64,000 bases of DNA. Origin: Mytilus trossulus (taxonomy: Eukaryota). The stretch lies in contig NC_086384.1 of the NCBI RefSeq assembly GCF_036588685.1, positions 17,918,001 through 17,982,000 of the forward strand, written 5' to 3'. The notes under the pieces were generated by a model, which was given only the letters and a program-made list of their open reading frames with translations, did no database searches and had not been told where the DNA came from. Every line of letters starts with the position of its first letter. The first letter of the stretch is position 1. Position numbers and translations under genes: made by a program. Positions 23,001 to 35,700 of the stretch are shown here, piece after piece.

Positions 23001-26000
23001 TATGAGTATATACCCATATGGTCATGACCATACGCGTATGGTCCAGATACTCATATGGTCCGGAACATATACATGTTACTATGTAGTATACTGTGGATTC
23101 ACTATTATTCGTTGGATACCAATTTTCGTGGATTTCGTGGTTTAAGGTGAACCACGAAATTAAATGTTCAACGAATACAAAATTTTCTTAAGGCTTGAAT
23201 AAAGAATTTGTCAAAACCACGAAATTAAAAGTCTATGAACATGAAAGTTGCCTTACATCCACGAATTTTAAAATTGGCACTCACGAAAATAAATGAATCC
23301 ACAGTATATCATATAAAAAAGAATATATGGTATGATTGCCAATGAGACAACTATCCACAAAAGACCAAAATGACACAAACATTAACAATTATAGGTCACC
23401 GTACGGCCTTCAACAATGAGCAAAGCCCATACCGCATATAGTCAGCTATAAAAGGCTATAAAAAGCTATATATTAAATATATATCAGTTTTTCAGAACCA
23501 TTAAGATGATCACTTGATTGTAATGTACAAAACTAAATGCATGTTCAACTAGAAATACATGTATAACGTCTATCATCATTAACAATAGTGTTTTGCATCT
23601 CTTTATTAGCTTTTCATTATGAGAATTGATTAAAGAATAATGTAAATACTTCTACATGTACTAAGTGACTGATTATTATTGTTGTGTTCGTCATTTTTTG
23701 TGTGAATTACAGTCACATTAACACATATCAAACAATTTGATACTCAGAACTGTAACATGAGTAATTACTTTTTAAATAAAAAAAAATGGTGTTATGTTTA
23801 ACCTTTATCACTTTTAAACAAACACAATGTCTCTGTTAAAAAAATATCAGCGCTGTCATTTTGAGTTCATGAACATGTCTGTGTCAACTGTTGCGCTTGC
23901 TTATTCTTTCCATGTATTTGGCCAATTTACTTGTAAAATTAAAATACCATATCACAATGAAAAGTAAAATGACAAAAAAAATCGAATTCATAGGAGAATT
24001 CGAAACGGAAGGTGGAAAATTCGAAACGGAAAGTGGAAAATTCGAAACGAAAAGTCCCTTGACAAATGGCAAAATCAAACGGGTAAACACATCAAACGAA
24101 AAGAAAACAACAATCAAATTCCTGATTTATTACAGACATTTCGTTATGTATAAATGGTGGTCTAAACCTGGTTTTAATTGAATTAATTTGTTCATAGTTT
24201 TCTGAAATTAATAAACAAATATTTAAATTTATCCTGCAATAAGGTTTTCTATTATACAGATACAGCCTTACAGATATCACTATGCTGTATCTGTATACTA
24301 TACAGGTATTGCTTTAAAGCTCCGCCCACTGCCGGACTGAGTATGGTATGAACCTGCGTGACATCAGAATGTGTATTGCAGTCACATTCCAATGACGTAT
24401 TAATTGTGAATTAACGATTACTTTTACACGTTCTGTTTGTTTTCAAACATTTCTTTGGAGCAATGAGAATCACACCAATTTTCTAATAACATACACAAAT
24501 ATACAGCAGTCTACTCTACGATGACAACTATCGATTTCAAAACTAGAACGTGAATGAGTGTGTTACAAAAACAACCATGTCAATTTCACAATGCATGTTT
24601 AGTGAATGAAATTGACAAAGCAAACTAAAAAATACGGATGAAGTTCAACAGCCCATCATGATCTCCTATATAGTACCTTTACATCGTCGTAACAAAGGTA
24701 AGCATGCTTTGATGATAGTCATATGTCCTAACAAATTGATGTCCATTATATGTTTGTATTGCTGTAAATTACACAGTTCTATATCTCCTCCAATCCCTAT
24801 TCCTGCATTGTTAACTACTGCCCACAAACCTACAATTAAAAGACATTATAAAATACTTTTAGTGTACCATTTTTTTTCTGCTCTACGTGCGTATTTCGAA
24901 AATAAATGATTCAATATTTAATGAATGGCTGTTATTTATTTTGAATTAATTGAACCATAAAATTAATTTTTGACTCTTCACATTGAAAAATCCGCGAAGC
25001 GGATTATGTTAAATGTGAAGAGTCAAAAATTAATTTTATGGTTCAATAAATTCAAAATAAATTATTGCAATTCGTTATAAATAAATTTCTATCAAAAATA
25101 AGACTCAAAGCTATATATATTAATACGAATAACAACATACACAAATGTTTGCGTATGAATACACAAGTGAACGTTAGAGTGGGCGTGTCGCCATAAACAT
25201 TAATAACATTGAAAATAAAGTTAATTCTTTTAACCAATCAGAAGACAGTAAATACACCAAATTTATTTATTCAGTGATGCTCGTCAATTAATAAAAAAAC
25301 GTTTAACTATTTTATGATCTTTGTTTCCTTTTTCAGGAACTAAAATTGAGAATGGAAATGGGGAATGTGTCAAAGAGACAACAACCCAACAATAGAGCAG
25401 ACAACAGCCAAAGGTCACCAGTTGGTCTTCAATATAGCAAAAAACTCGATCATTTGTATTTAATTTAGATTGTCAAAAACAATATATGGCTTTTAAATAT
25501 GATCAATCATACAAGCTCAGCTCTAATAGCAAAACTAACTATATTAGGTATCCATCCCTGACACAAAATCAGTACGTCCACAGCAAGTGAGACCTTCAAC
25601 ACGGAGCAAAACAAACTCACACCTCACTACAAGTCTAAGACGGTCATAGAACCAGTTTGAGCAGAATTCTTTGCAAAATGATTTGGATATAAAGATGTAT
25701 CATACAAGTGAGAGACTTAGCTAACTATATGTATAAAACCTACATCAGAAAATGCATGTAACAAGTCTGGAATAAGACTGTTGATTCAATTCGTTTGATG
25801 TGGTTTGGATTATGATTTGGCCATGTGAAAGGAACTTTTCGTTTCGAATTTTCCTTGGTCGGTACGGGATTTTTTTTTTCTTTCACAACCAAATCGGACC
25901 CGTACAAAAAAGAAAAAGAAAAAAAATGAAAACTTTAACCAATTACTTCCTACGCAAAAGTGTAAACATAAAACGTTGATTGATATATTTTAGTTTTCAA

Positions 26001-29000
26001 GGATTCCAATGAAAGGTAAAGGACCACTGTAGAACACATTTTGACTGGTAACTTTGAATACTAAAATGAATTATAAAATTGAGGGTATGTACTGCCTGAT
26101 TTTCTGATATGAAGTACCTGGCTTGTTGTTTCCAAATTTACGGTAACCAGTAAGGTGTGACGTTAACGGTATATTGAACCAAATTTAATTAAAAATAGTA
26201 CCAGCCTTTGTATCCACACGTATTATTATTGTCCATCTCCAGCTATGCAAATTTACCTCCCTCCATCCCATCACGCATAACGTACTATTTGTTTTCGTTT
26301 AGTTGTGCACTTTAATCGCCCTTCAACCTATCTTCCAGACCATATTATTTATTTTATTGTTTTATACAGTCAAAAAATTTTACAGCCGTTCGTCTCATTT
26401 TGCAGAACGCCCTATTTTTTCCATTTACACTCCTAGAAATTTAACGCCCTTCATCCCTTCTTGTATAACTAGCATTTGTATTTATTGGTACTAGCGTCTG
26501 GTCCTGCTGGTTAGAAATAGTTGTCATCCGACGTCAAACAGGAATATCAATCAATCCTTTTCGACCTACCAATTGTTTTCCTTGTTACTTTTTTTATTTC
26601 ATTCTTTGTCCTTAGCATGCATATATAATCATACGTTTTTTGATTGAGTTAAGTCTACTAATTGATATTTTATCGTATGTTTTTATATGTTGTGATGTTA
26701 TGCTATTGTTTCAGAAAAAGGGAGAAGGTTTGGGCCCATTAAAACGTTTAATCCCGCTGCAAATGTTTGCACCTGTTTTAAGTCAGGAATCTGATGTACA
26801 GTAGTTGTCGTTTGTTTATGTAATATGTACGTGTTTCTCGTTTCTCGTTTTGTTTATATAGATTAGACCGTTGGTTTTCCCGTTTGAATGGTTTTACACT
26901 AGTAATTTTGGGGCCCTTTATAGCTTGTTGTTCGGTGTGAGCCAAGGCTCCGTGTTGAAGGCCGTACTTTAACCTATAATGGTTTAATTTTTAAATTGTT
27001 ATTTGGATGGAGAGTTGTCTCATTGGCACTCACACCACATCTTCCTATATCTATATATAACATTTGCCACTGGAATTGTATCTATCAACCAATCCCTTTA
27101 TGTATATATCAGATGATATCAATGTACTTACAGCCGATTGCATTGGGTGTGTAGGTAAAAATAATATACTTCGGTTGCTAGCTTGCTAGTTAAGCCATGA
27201 AGTCATTAATAGGTAAGGTATACTACTCTCCATTCGAAGCATTATAGTCCTACAGAAATATAGATTGTTTATCTGTCGGACTTAAAAGAGGGTAGTTTAC
27301 CTAATCTAATAATGACTAACGGTTCCGCTAGCAAGCAGGCTAACCAAAAAATTTTACCTTTGTCTACACACTCAATGCAACCGGCTGTAATACACACAGT
27401 ACTGCAGCATTGAGTACAAGAGTAATCATGACCTCGTGGGAATGAGAATTATTGTCCATTTCTTAGCAATCTCGTATAGTTTCGATATTACTTTAATTAT
27501 GCTGTTTCGTCTAAACACTTGTTTAAGATGGTATCAAACACTACAGGGAGATAACTCTGTAAAGTCCGCTATTTTTTTTAATCACGTTGTATTGTTAAGG
27601 AAATAGTAAGCTTCTCAAAGAAACAAAATTTAATTTAGTGTTTGTCAAACTGCTATATATCCAATGACAATTTTCTGAAAAAGTTATTTGTTCAAGTTTT
27701 ATTTTTATATTTTTATTAAATTAAATATTCTGTCAAAATTTTGTTAAAATTTGGATGGGTAGCTGTCTTCTTGTGGTAGTTTTTTTTATAAGTATTTTAA
27801 CCCAATTGGTGTTTGCTGGGAGAATTAAAAAAAAAAATGGCCAATAGTTTAAAAAAAAAAAAGGCTAAATACATGTACAACCAAACTTTTATTTTTTTAG
27901 TACTAAAGTGTATGTATGTATGCAATACATGTAAATGCAGTTCAGAATATAGAAGGTTCATTTGTGCAGATGATGATGATTAATTCTGATTTAAAATGGT
28001 ACGTACATTGTAACGACTTGACTATACATGTACTATTTATAATAACCCCCCCCCCCCCCCCCTCTCACCTCCCCCGAATATGAAATATGAAATACCGAAA
28101 ATGAATTAAAAATAATAACGACCATCTGTGTAAGTAAATAACATGTGTACGTATGTGTGTATACCAATTTCCGTTCATTTTATAGGTTTCGGCCAGGTGG
28201 AATAGGATCCAAGTTACATTAAATAGTTCCGTACCCACGAATGCAGGGCTTAAAAAAGTATAACTTTGGTTTTAAACTGTGTAGTGTTATTAATATTACG
28301 CCTGTTTTGAAACTGAATATAATTTAAAAGGGTAGGCATTCTAATTTGAATGTCTGTATAAATTTTAATTGGTTTAAATGTAATCTGGCGTCGGTACATA
28401 GAGTAAATTGCATATATTCTAGCCTTTATTCTTCCCCAAAAATTAACAGACTGACCCTGTTGTCAATAAAAACAAAACTTTCTAACGGAATGCCGGTCAT
28501 GAGGCACTAAGATTGTACTTAGTCACTTTGAAATAAATGCCCAACATGAACTATGAGTTTCAATGCGTTTCAATGGGGCAAATAATAAGGTCCCCGTTCC
28601 AGGTTTGAATTTCTTTTATCAATTCTTAAAAAAACATTAAAACAATTAAAAAAAACAAATTCAACTGTAATAATGTCAAACGGAGATTATCAACACAATG
28701 CACTTTTAAATAGGCACTATATATCAAAGTATAAAATAAGATTTTGTATTGTTCAATCATTAAAGAAAGTGAAATAGTGGAATACCATTTCGCCTTTAGA
28801 AGCCTGTGTGGTTCAATTTTGTCAAATAAGCTAGGAATCATTGATGATGAATTATTCACTTGCTACGTATACCGAGCCCATGCTCTGTATATGGTTTATT
28901 CAAGACTTTATATAATTTGGATAAATGTTTTATATTGTTATTAATCAAATATGAAAATTTGAATCAAATCGGTGAACCTGAATTTGACAGGTAGTTATGG

Positions 29001-31886
29001 AACAAGAAGATGCGGTATGATAGCCAATAAGACAACTATCCACACGAAACCAAAATGACAAAAAAATTAACAACTATAGGTTACCGTACGGCCTTCAACA
29101 ATGAGCAAAGTCCATACCACATAGTCAGCTATAAAAGTCCCCGAAATGACAATGTAAAACAATTCAAAGGAGAAAACTAACGGCCTTATTCATGTTCAAA
29201 AAATGAATCAAAAACAAATATGTAACACATATACAAACGACAAGCACTGAATTACATGTTCCTGACTTGGGACAGGCACATACATTAATAATGTGGCGGA
29301 GTTAAACATGTTAGAGGTGATCCAAACCCTCCCCTAACCTGGGACAGTTGTATAACAGTGCAAGTGCCCTTTTAATATTTGAAACTGTAAATAACGGTAT
29401 TTTTGCTTGCCTTAATTCTCAGTACATGTATCTTGTTGAGACCCCAAATTAAGGGTGGCATATGTCAAATCAGTGAACCGTCAAATCAATGATTCATACC
29501 CGATTAACGTTTTGTAAAGACCTGCACCGGGTTAATTAGTTCAAGGTGCAATAAGTAAATAATACATATAATTTATGACACGAGATCGTCCCAGGTATTT
29601 TAGATAATAAGGTTGGCAATGCGTTGATTAAATTACATGTAAAAAAATGTACGGAAAAGGTTTATAAAATGCATTGTATTATCAAAATTAATGGTATTAT
29701 ATAATCTAGGTCGAACTGTTTCTTAATTTTGTTGTAATTGGAGTCATTATAATTTTATTTTTATCTTTTACCATGACGATAGACTAATACTTCTATTTTT
29801 CTATCAAAGAAGCTTATTGATGAATTGATGATTGCTATTTCAAACTCACCTTTTGCAGAGCATTGTTCTGAAACTGTAGCAACTAACTTGTCTATTTCAT
29901 CCGATTTCGTAAGATTAAGTTGTAAAACATTTAAATTTTTAAGATTCCTATTTCTTAGTTCGCATGCTCCTTTTCCATTGTAGTTTAATACACCAGCAAA
30001 CACAATAAACCCGTCGTCGACAAGCCGGTTTGCTAAGTCGTGTCCAAATCCTATAAAAGAAACCGACATAACTTACTATGCAGTACGGGATTAGTCTTTC
30101 GTACTTTCAAATGACAAAATATTGCTATAGTCTCTATTTAACATGTTTACAACATTTTTAGAGCGTGCCACTTAGAATGATTCACGATTGTGACCTACCG
30201 AATAAGACTATTTACCGGCTTTGTAATCACATAAGCAACACGACCAGTGCCACATGTGGAGCAGGATCTGCTTACCCTACCTGAGATCATCCCTAGTTTT
30301 GTTTATTCTTTAGTTTTCTATGTTGTGTCATGTGTACTATTGTTTTTCTGTTTGTATTTTTCATTTTTAGCCATGGCGTTGTCAGTTTGTATTAGATTTA
30401 TGAGTTTGACTGTCCCTTTGGTATCTTTCGTCCCTCTTTTAGAACTTTCCATATTCTGTAGACACTATTCTGTATGTCAATATAGATATCCTTTCTTTGC
30501 TTTTTCGTATTGTTTGGTTGGTGTCTCATTGGTAGATTCTAAATATCTCATTAATAATGACAAGGGCCTCGGTTGCACATTGGTATCGACGGTAATAGTC
30601 CAACTTCTTTTATATCAATAACCTGCCAACACCGAGTTTGTGAGATTAAAATTCCGCACGAAGTATGTGCTTTTAACTCCAATCTTAATTTACTGGATTT
30701 ATCAGTTTTCCTACTCCGGCGTCTTCTTTTGATAAACACTGACAACCACGAAATAACATAATAGTGATGAAAAAGGGGGTACATACATGTACCAATCAAG
30801 CCCTGCTTACTACATGTATGTCAATACTCATTACCGTATGCTAACCAAAAAAAAAATACGTTTAACTCTACGTTGTTGTATCATCAAAAGATTGTACACA
30901 TCTTCTTTAGCTTGTTAGAAAAAAAACCAAATATTTGATATTTAATCCAAGTTGTGATGTGGTCAAATACATGTAGTACATTTATATATATATCTCTATA
31001 TATTAATACGTTATAGGATTTTCTAAGGACCCCATGCAGATCCATAGAGGGTTGATAAAATTCATAGAGGTTGAGGTCGAAGGACGAATCTCCTGTGTGC
31101 TTTACTCACCCTCTATGGTCCGTGGGTGTCGGTAGTGGACTGTATATTAAACGAATATATCGCACGCGGGATTTTCTGGCTGTGTTTTATAGAAAAATAA
31201 ATAATAAAATACAACAACATCAATAAATGGCATCACCATAAACATGCAGTTCTTCGAATCCCATATAAAATTTAATAACTCTAACATATGCATAGGGGTC
31301 ACCACGTAAGTTATATATACTATTTACAACTTCATATTTTACCCGCGCTTCGAAAAAGACCAATTATATATATATCAAATGCGTTTTGTTGAAATATACT
31401 TTTTCACTTTTTTGGTCTTTAGGAAAAGGTTGTTTGTGCTGTTTTTAGACCCTTCTACAACGAAATTTGTTTAACATGCACACGTATAAAAATTGCGGTT
31501 TTTATCCAACGCAATCATAGGTTTGAACGTAGTTTTCAATTTAGACTCGTATATACATATATGTATGATATGTATATATATCAAACGTCTGAATAATAAT
31601 ATATATATAACAAGTCAAAAAGGATACAGTGTACACCATTAAATAACTGTAAAATGAACAAATATTTGATAACATCATAAAAACAAATACCTGTATCACA
31701 TCCAGTTATCAGAACAGCCTTTTTATTTACAGGCAAATATTCCTTGAATTTTCGTTCGGTGACTTTGAATGTCAAATAAAATATCCCAAAGCAGATCAAA
31801 CTTATGTATTTCTCATAGCAAACAATAAGTATACACAACAGCACACTTGCTGTAAATAATGAGCGACAAATCAAAGTTATGTCCAT
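19941..31886 (-). CDS. Six-exon short-chain dehydrogenase/reductase, SDR9C-like (retinol dehydrogenase / 17beta-HSD / BDH1-like), 361 aa; exons 31691-31886, 29850-30050, 24677-24829, 21864-22057, 20438-20683, 19941-20036
   Basis: All five introns are GT-AG and phase-consistent (1,1,1,0,0); total CDS 1086 nt; N-terminal hydrophobic anchor, TGCDTGFG, NNAG, SS, YHLSK (YxxxK), VEPG. Confidence 0.92.
20438..20683 (-). CDS. SDR exon 5 (CERVKK...YGRKYF...PKYRYLV...TRA)
   Basis: Acceptor atttcAG, donor GTATGT; P-x-x-RY motif typical of the SDR9C C-terminus. Confidence 0.88.
20885..21280 (-). mobile_element. SINE fragment(s) with a Deu/Nin-like central domain and CAAT-repeat tail
   Basis: Minus-strand ggggccgttaaatccggtgcc...ctctttgcatgctaaaaacccttg and tail gttaagcaaccaagaatcaatcaatc; recognised by resemblance only. 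Confidence 0.4.
21864..22057 (-). CDS. SDR exon 4 (GRIVNVSS...YHLSK...VEPG...IET)
   Basis: Catalytic Ser and YxxxK; acceptor ttttttAG, donor GTATGA; missed by the ORF track. Confidence 0.92.
22142..23071. mobile_element. MITE with long modular TIRs (GACCATAYGMGTA units)
   Basis: tatatgttccggaccatatgagta... mirrored by ...tactcatatggtccggaacatata; no ORF. Confidence 0.85.
23091..23304. mobile_element. MITE flanked by TA
   Basis: TIR CTGTGGATTCA/TGAATCCACAG; internal ttcgtg/cacgaa motifs. Confidence 0.8.
24677..24829 (-). CDS. SDR exon 3 (GLWAVVNNAGI...LPLLRRCK)
   Basis: Acceptor ttgtAG, donor G|GTACTA; NNAG motif; missed by the ORF track. Confidence 0.92.
24934..25062. repeat. Long near-perfect hairpin, part of a non-autonomous element extending to about 25265
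   Basis: ~50-bp arms around atccgcgaagcggat. Confidence 0.8.
26631..27052 (-). repeat. Abundant dispersed repeat (aagatgtgg...gccaatgagacaactctcc family); other copies at about 18095-18378, 19335-19680, 21296-21460, 23320-23460, 29005-29360, 32335-32470 and 47180-47280
   Basis: Direct sequence similarity among the copies in both orientations. Confidence 0.75.
27131..27387. mobile_element. Tc1/mariner-type MITE
   Basis: ~29-bp imperfect TIR CAGCCGATTGCATTGGGTGTGTAG; TA on both flanks. Confidence 0.75.
29850..30050 (-). CDS. SDR exon 2 (GFGHDLA...CSAK)
   Basis: Acceptor ttttatAG, donor G|GTGAGT. Confidence 0.92.
31691..31886 (-). CDS. SDR exon 1 (MDITLIC...VLITGCDT)
   Basis: ATG, membrane anchor, start of the Rossmann motif; donor G|GTATTT. 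Confidence 0.9.
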
Positions 31887-32870
31887 TATTGTACAAGTAA
31901 TTCTACTATCTTACGTACATATAAGATAAGACACGATTTGAAAATAATTGTATTCAACTGGAACCGTATTATAAGCCGCTACAGCATATTACATACAGGT
32001 ACATGTACTAGTTGTTCCAAAATCTTTCTTATCATCATTATAGATTGAAGATTTATTATAATAAACTAGACAAGTTTTATACCATTACATGTGTACATGC
32101 CTTCTCTTTACTAAAGATAAGAACGGTTTTGGAACAATTGGTACGTTTATATAATTCATAAAGATGTACAACTGATACAGGGTACTAGCATATAGTGTTA
32201 TGATAGACTTATAGACGATTTTACGACAGACATTTGATTTTACCTTTTTGAATACCCTCCGGACAATTTCTATCCTGTTAAACACGAATTGACTGTATCG
32301 TACAAAATTACAAATAAACAACTATGCAATGAAAACAAGACGTGGTGTGATTGCCAATGAGATAACTTTTCACAAGTGACCAAATAACACAAAAAATTAA
32401 AATCTATAGGTCAACACATGGCCTTCGACAATGAGAAAAGCCCATACCGCATAATCAGCTATAAAAGGCCTCGTTCAACCATTTGTTAAAAAAAGAACGT
32501 GACAGCTAAACAGAACAATACATAATTCAAAATTTATTGAACTCGTCAAGTTACTAAAAAAAATTATAACAATTATATGATTAAAACTCAAAGTTTTATA
32601 TCTTTCGATAGGACTATTTTTCTTATAATCGCCTTAAACTCTAGACTCCGGGTGCGGGAATTTCTATTTTATTTGGTCGGGTTGTTATCTCTTTGACACA
32701 ATCCCCATTTCCGTTTACAATTTTATTAACATAACCAAACTTTTAAATTAATTGGCAATTATTGATTACTACATACGTTAGATAAGTATGCTATATTAGA
32801 ACTTAGAAACAACAATATGTTAATTACCCCACTAATGTATTGTAAATGGAATAGAAATGAATACTAATAA

Positions 32871-34073
32871 TTACAAAGATATAGTTATAAAATAGGCACA
32901 AATAAGGATCACTGTGGCAGAATACGCTATAACCAACATGATATTATCGAGTCCATCACACACATCCTTCCACGTTATAAATATCTCATTTTTACATTTC
33001 ATATTGTCCTTCTCAGCATCGTTGCACAGCGGCATAACTTGGGTAATTTTGTTACCCCTATGCCACTTTTGTCCAATAAATTTCAATAAAAAGTTCATTT
33101 TTGCCGATTCCTCTCTATAATAAAGTGATGATATGTAAATGGTAACAACAGCAATGATTCCACTCAGCAGTATAGTCGCTACCATTATGATAAGTAAAAG
33201 ACTCATCGGATTTGACGCGGCTGGTATGGACGTCTGCACCATGGATAGAAAAATAGTATACGATAATAGTACTGTCAATGCAAGTCCTATTCGTTCTCCG
33301 GCCTCAACCGGAAGTAAAAATACCAATGGATTTAAAATACTAAATAAAATAAATGGACAAATCACTATAACTGTGTAATATAACGGTGAACGTTTCAATG
33401 TCAGTTCAATCAGAAAAATAGAATATCCTGTTGAAGGATGTGTTATCAAACTATTAGATACTAATTCCCAGTCTGAGTTTGGTGTGAAAGAGGATAAATC
33501 AATTGGGTTTGAAACTCCTTTCAAACGTATGTCCATCGCATAAACACCCCAGGCAGCAAATTGTAATTCACATGTTTGTGAATCGAATGGAAATTTGTAT
33601 ATATTTGTACTACACTTTGAAAATAATACCTCACCATACGAAACAGCCATAGAACCATTGTAATCGATAGTCACAGACAGTTCATTTCCTAATCCCATTG
33701 GTTGCAATGTACCAACAGAATTTAAAAGTACTAATTTTGGTGTCCAAACGGTTTTTTGTGGCACTATTACATATTTGGCATTTCCATATGAAGAAGGTGT
33801 CCATGAAAACTCACCATCCGTCCAGAAGGCTGATATTCCTGCCGCTATCTGTAAAGTCTCTTCCACTTCTCGAAATTGGGTGATTGTCATTAAATGAAAT
33901 TGCAATTTTACTTCTAACGGAGAAGAGAAATCCGAATTAGGAATTAACGATTTTTGGTGGTTCGTAAAAATATCACTGTAAAGTTGTTTCATATCTGATA
34001 AAGTTTGACTATTTCCTGATGATAATATAACAAGAAAAAATATAAAACTAGCTGGTGTATCGTCGATATACAT
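32871..34073 (-). CDS. Intronless nicotinic acetylcholine receptor-like subunit (non-alpha), 400 aa
   Basis: Signal peptide, Cys-loop CSTNIYKFPFDSQTC, LPVEAGER, four TM segments; paralog of the genes at 13248 and 41463. Confidence 0.94.
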   Translation of the reverse strand: MYIDDTPASFIFFLVILSSGNSQTLSDMKQLYSDIFTNHQKSLIPNSDFSSPLEVKLQFHLMTITQFREVEETLQIAAGISAFWTDGEFSWTPSSYGNAKYVIVPQKTVWTPKLVLLNSVGTLQPMGLGNELSVTIDYNGSMAVSYGEVLFSKCSTNIYKFPFDSQTCELQFAAWGVYAMDIRLKGVSNPIDLSSFTPNSDWELVSNSLITHPSTGYSIFLIELTLKRSPLYYTVIVICPFILFSILNPLVFLLPVEAGERIGLALTVLLSYTIFLSMVQTSIPAASNPMSLLLIIMVATILLSGIIAVVTIYISSLYYREESAKMNFLLKFIGQKWHRGNKITQVMPLCNDAEKDNMKCKNEIFITWKDVCDGLDNIMLVIAYSATVILICAYFITISL

Positions 34074-35484
34074 TCTTATTTACCAATGAACAACACTAAA
34101 TGGTGTTAAAAAAAAAAATAATCCTATGAATTAGTGTGTCGTGTACATTACCTTCGGAATCATTTAAATATAATTGTATTTAACAACGCAGAACAGTAGT
34201 ATGATTTCATAAGTGATTAAATATCTTTCAAGCAAGGCATTAAAATTAAACCACAACTAGATTATTAATAACAGTCATGTCACGTTACTTCAAAGAGGTT
34301 TAAATATTATTCAAACAATTTACTAATTGGAAACTTAATAGCAAATTGATCAATAATAATATTTGCTTTTTTGTTATGGTGTATTATTATGTCGGTATCT
34401 TTTTTTTAAGATAAAGTGAATTACTTTTACAATTGAAACGTCAGGGGAAGAGGGGTTCTATTATGAATTATGTAAACAAACGTGAAACTAGAATTAGAAA
34501 AATAATCTCTACTCATATTTGCAAATTGAGACTATAAAGGTCTTTTAGTTCAAAATATAAATTGGAATGACAACACTTGTAATGAAAAACATGCATTAAT
34601 GAATTGTCAAGTGCATGAAAATTTGAGTTATTTTTTGTTTTATCAAGCATCTCTATGTAATGTTATTTTTATGCATTTGTCTGATAAATGATATTTTGAT
34701 TCACATATGAAAATATGTACTTTTTTACTGACAAAATATACATTAAAATTTTGACATTTTATTGAAATGAAGATTTATTTTATATTGCTAATTAAGATGT
34801 AAATAATAAAAAGATACCTTTTAGATAGTATATCATACTCTTTTTTTAGAGTGGCTCTTGTATGTTTAAAGATGATGTGTTGGTATCCTTTTGTATGGTT
34901 TATATAAAAAAGAGATGGGACTTAAAATTAAATGTTGCCTTGTTTTGTCTTGCCTTGTCTATATTGAAGGTTTAAAAAAAAAACATATCCCTACATACAT
35001 GTTTATCGAATTAAAGTCATTTGAAACGAGTGACTGGTGAAAAATTCAATTATGTAACCAATGCATGGATACATAATAAACTCTCTCTGTCTGTTACGAA
35101 GTGAAAATATGGTAGCTCATTTATTGTTGTGGTTTACCGATTGTGGCCTTATAGTAAACAATCAACAAGAAAGCATGGATAATAAGCAAGTGTATTAAAT
35201 GTACAATTATATAATAGCTTATTTCAATGACAGATCCATGTGTATTGCGTTTGCCAGATTTTTACGATAAGGGTCGCGCTAAGGTCACGTTGAATACGGA
35301 AAATATGCCGACGACTTGCTTCCTAGAAGCAAGAAATAAAAAAAAAGTAAACTTCTTCTAAACGTGGACACATTTAAGATTTTTTTTAAGGAAAAAGTAT
35401 ATGTACATATTAGGTTGAATAACGACAATTACCCATTTTGTTAAAAAAACATATGCATTATTATTTGTTTTCTGGTCTGTGGCT

Positions 35485-35700
35485 CCGTTCGTTCGTTCGT
35501 CCGCAGGTTAAAGATTTTGGTCAAGGTAGTTTTTGATGAAGCTGAAGTCCAATCAACTTGAAACTTAGTACACTTGCTGCTTATGATAAGATCTTTCTAA
35601 TTTTAAAGCCAAATTAGACTTTTGCCCATTTCCCGGTCCATGGAACATGGAAAATGATAGTGCCAGTGGGGCATCCGTATACTTTGGACACATTCTTGTT
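35485..35700. mobile_element. Helentron/HINE-type non-autonomous fragment
   Basis: (CGTT)n/CGTC microsatellite followed by a core with cttgaaactt, ending cattcttgtt; resembles the architecture of 52388-53685 in reverse. Confidence 0.45.
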
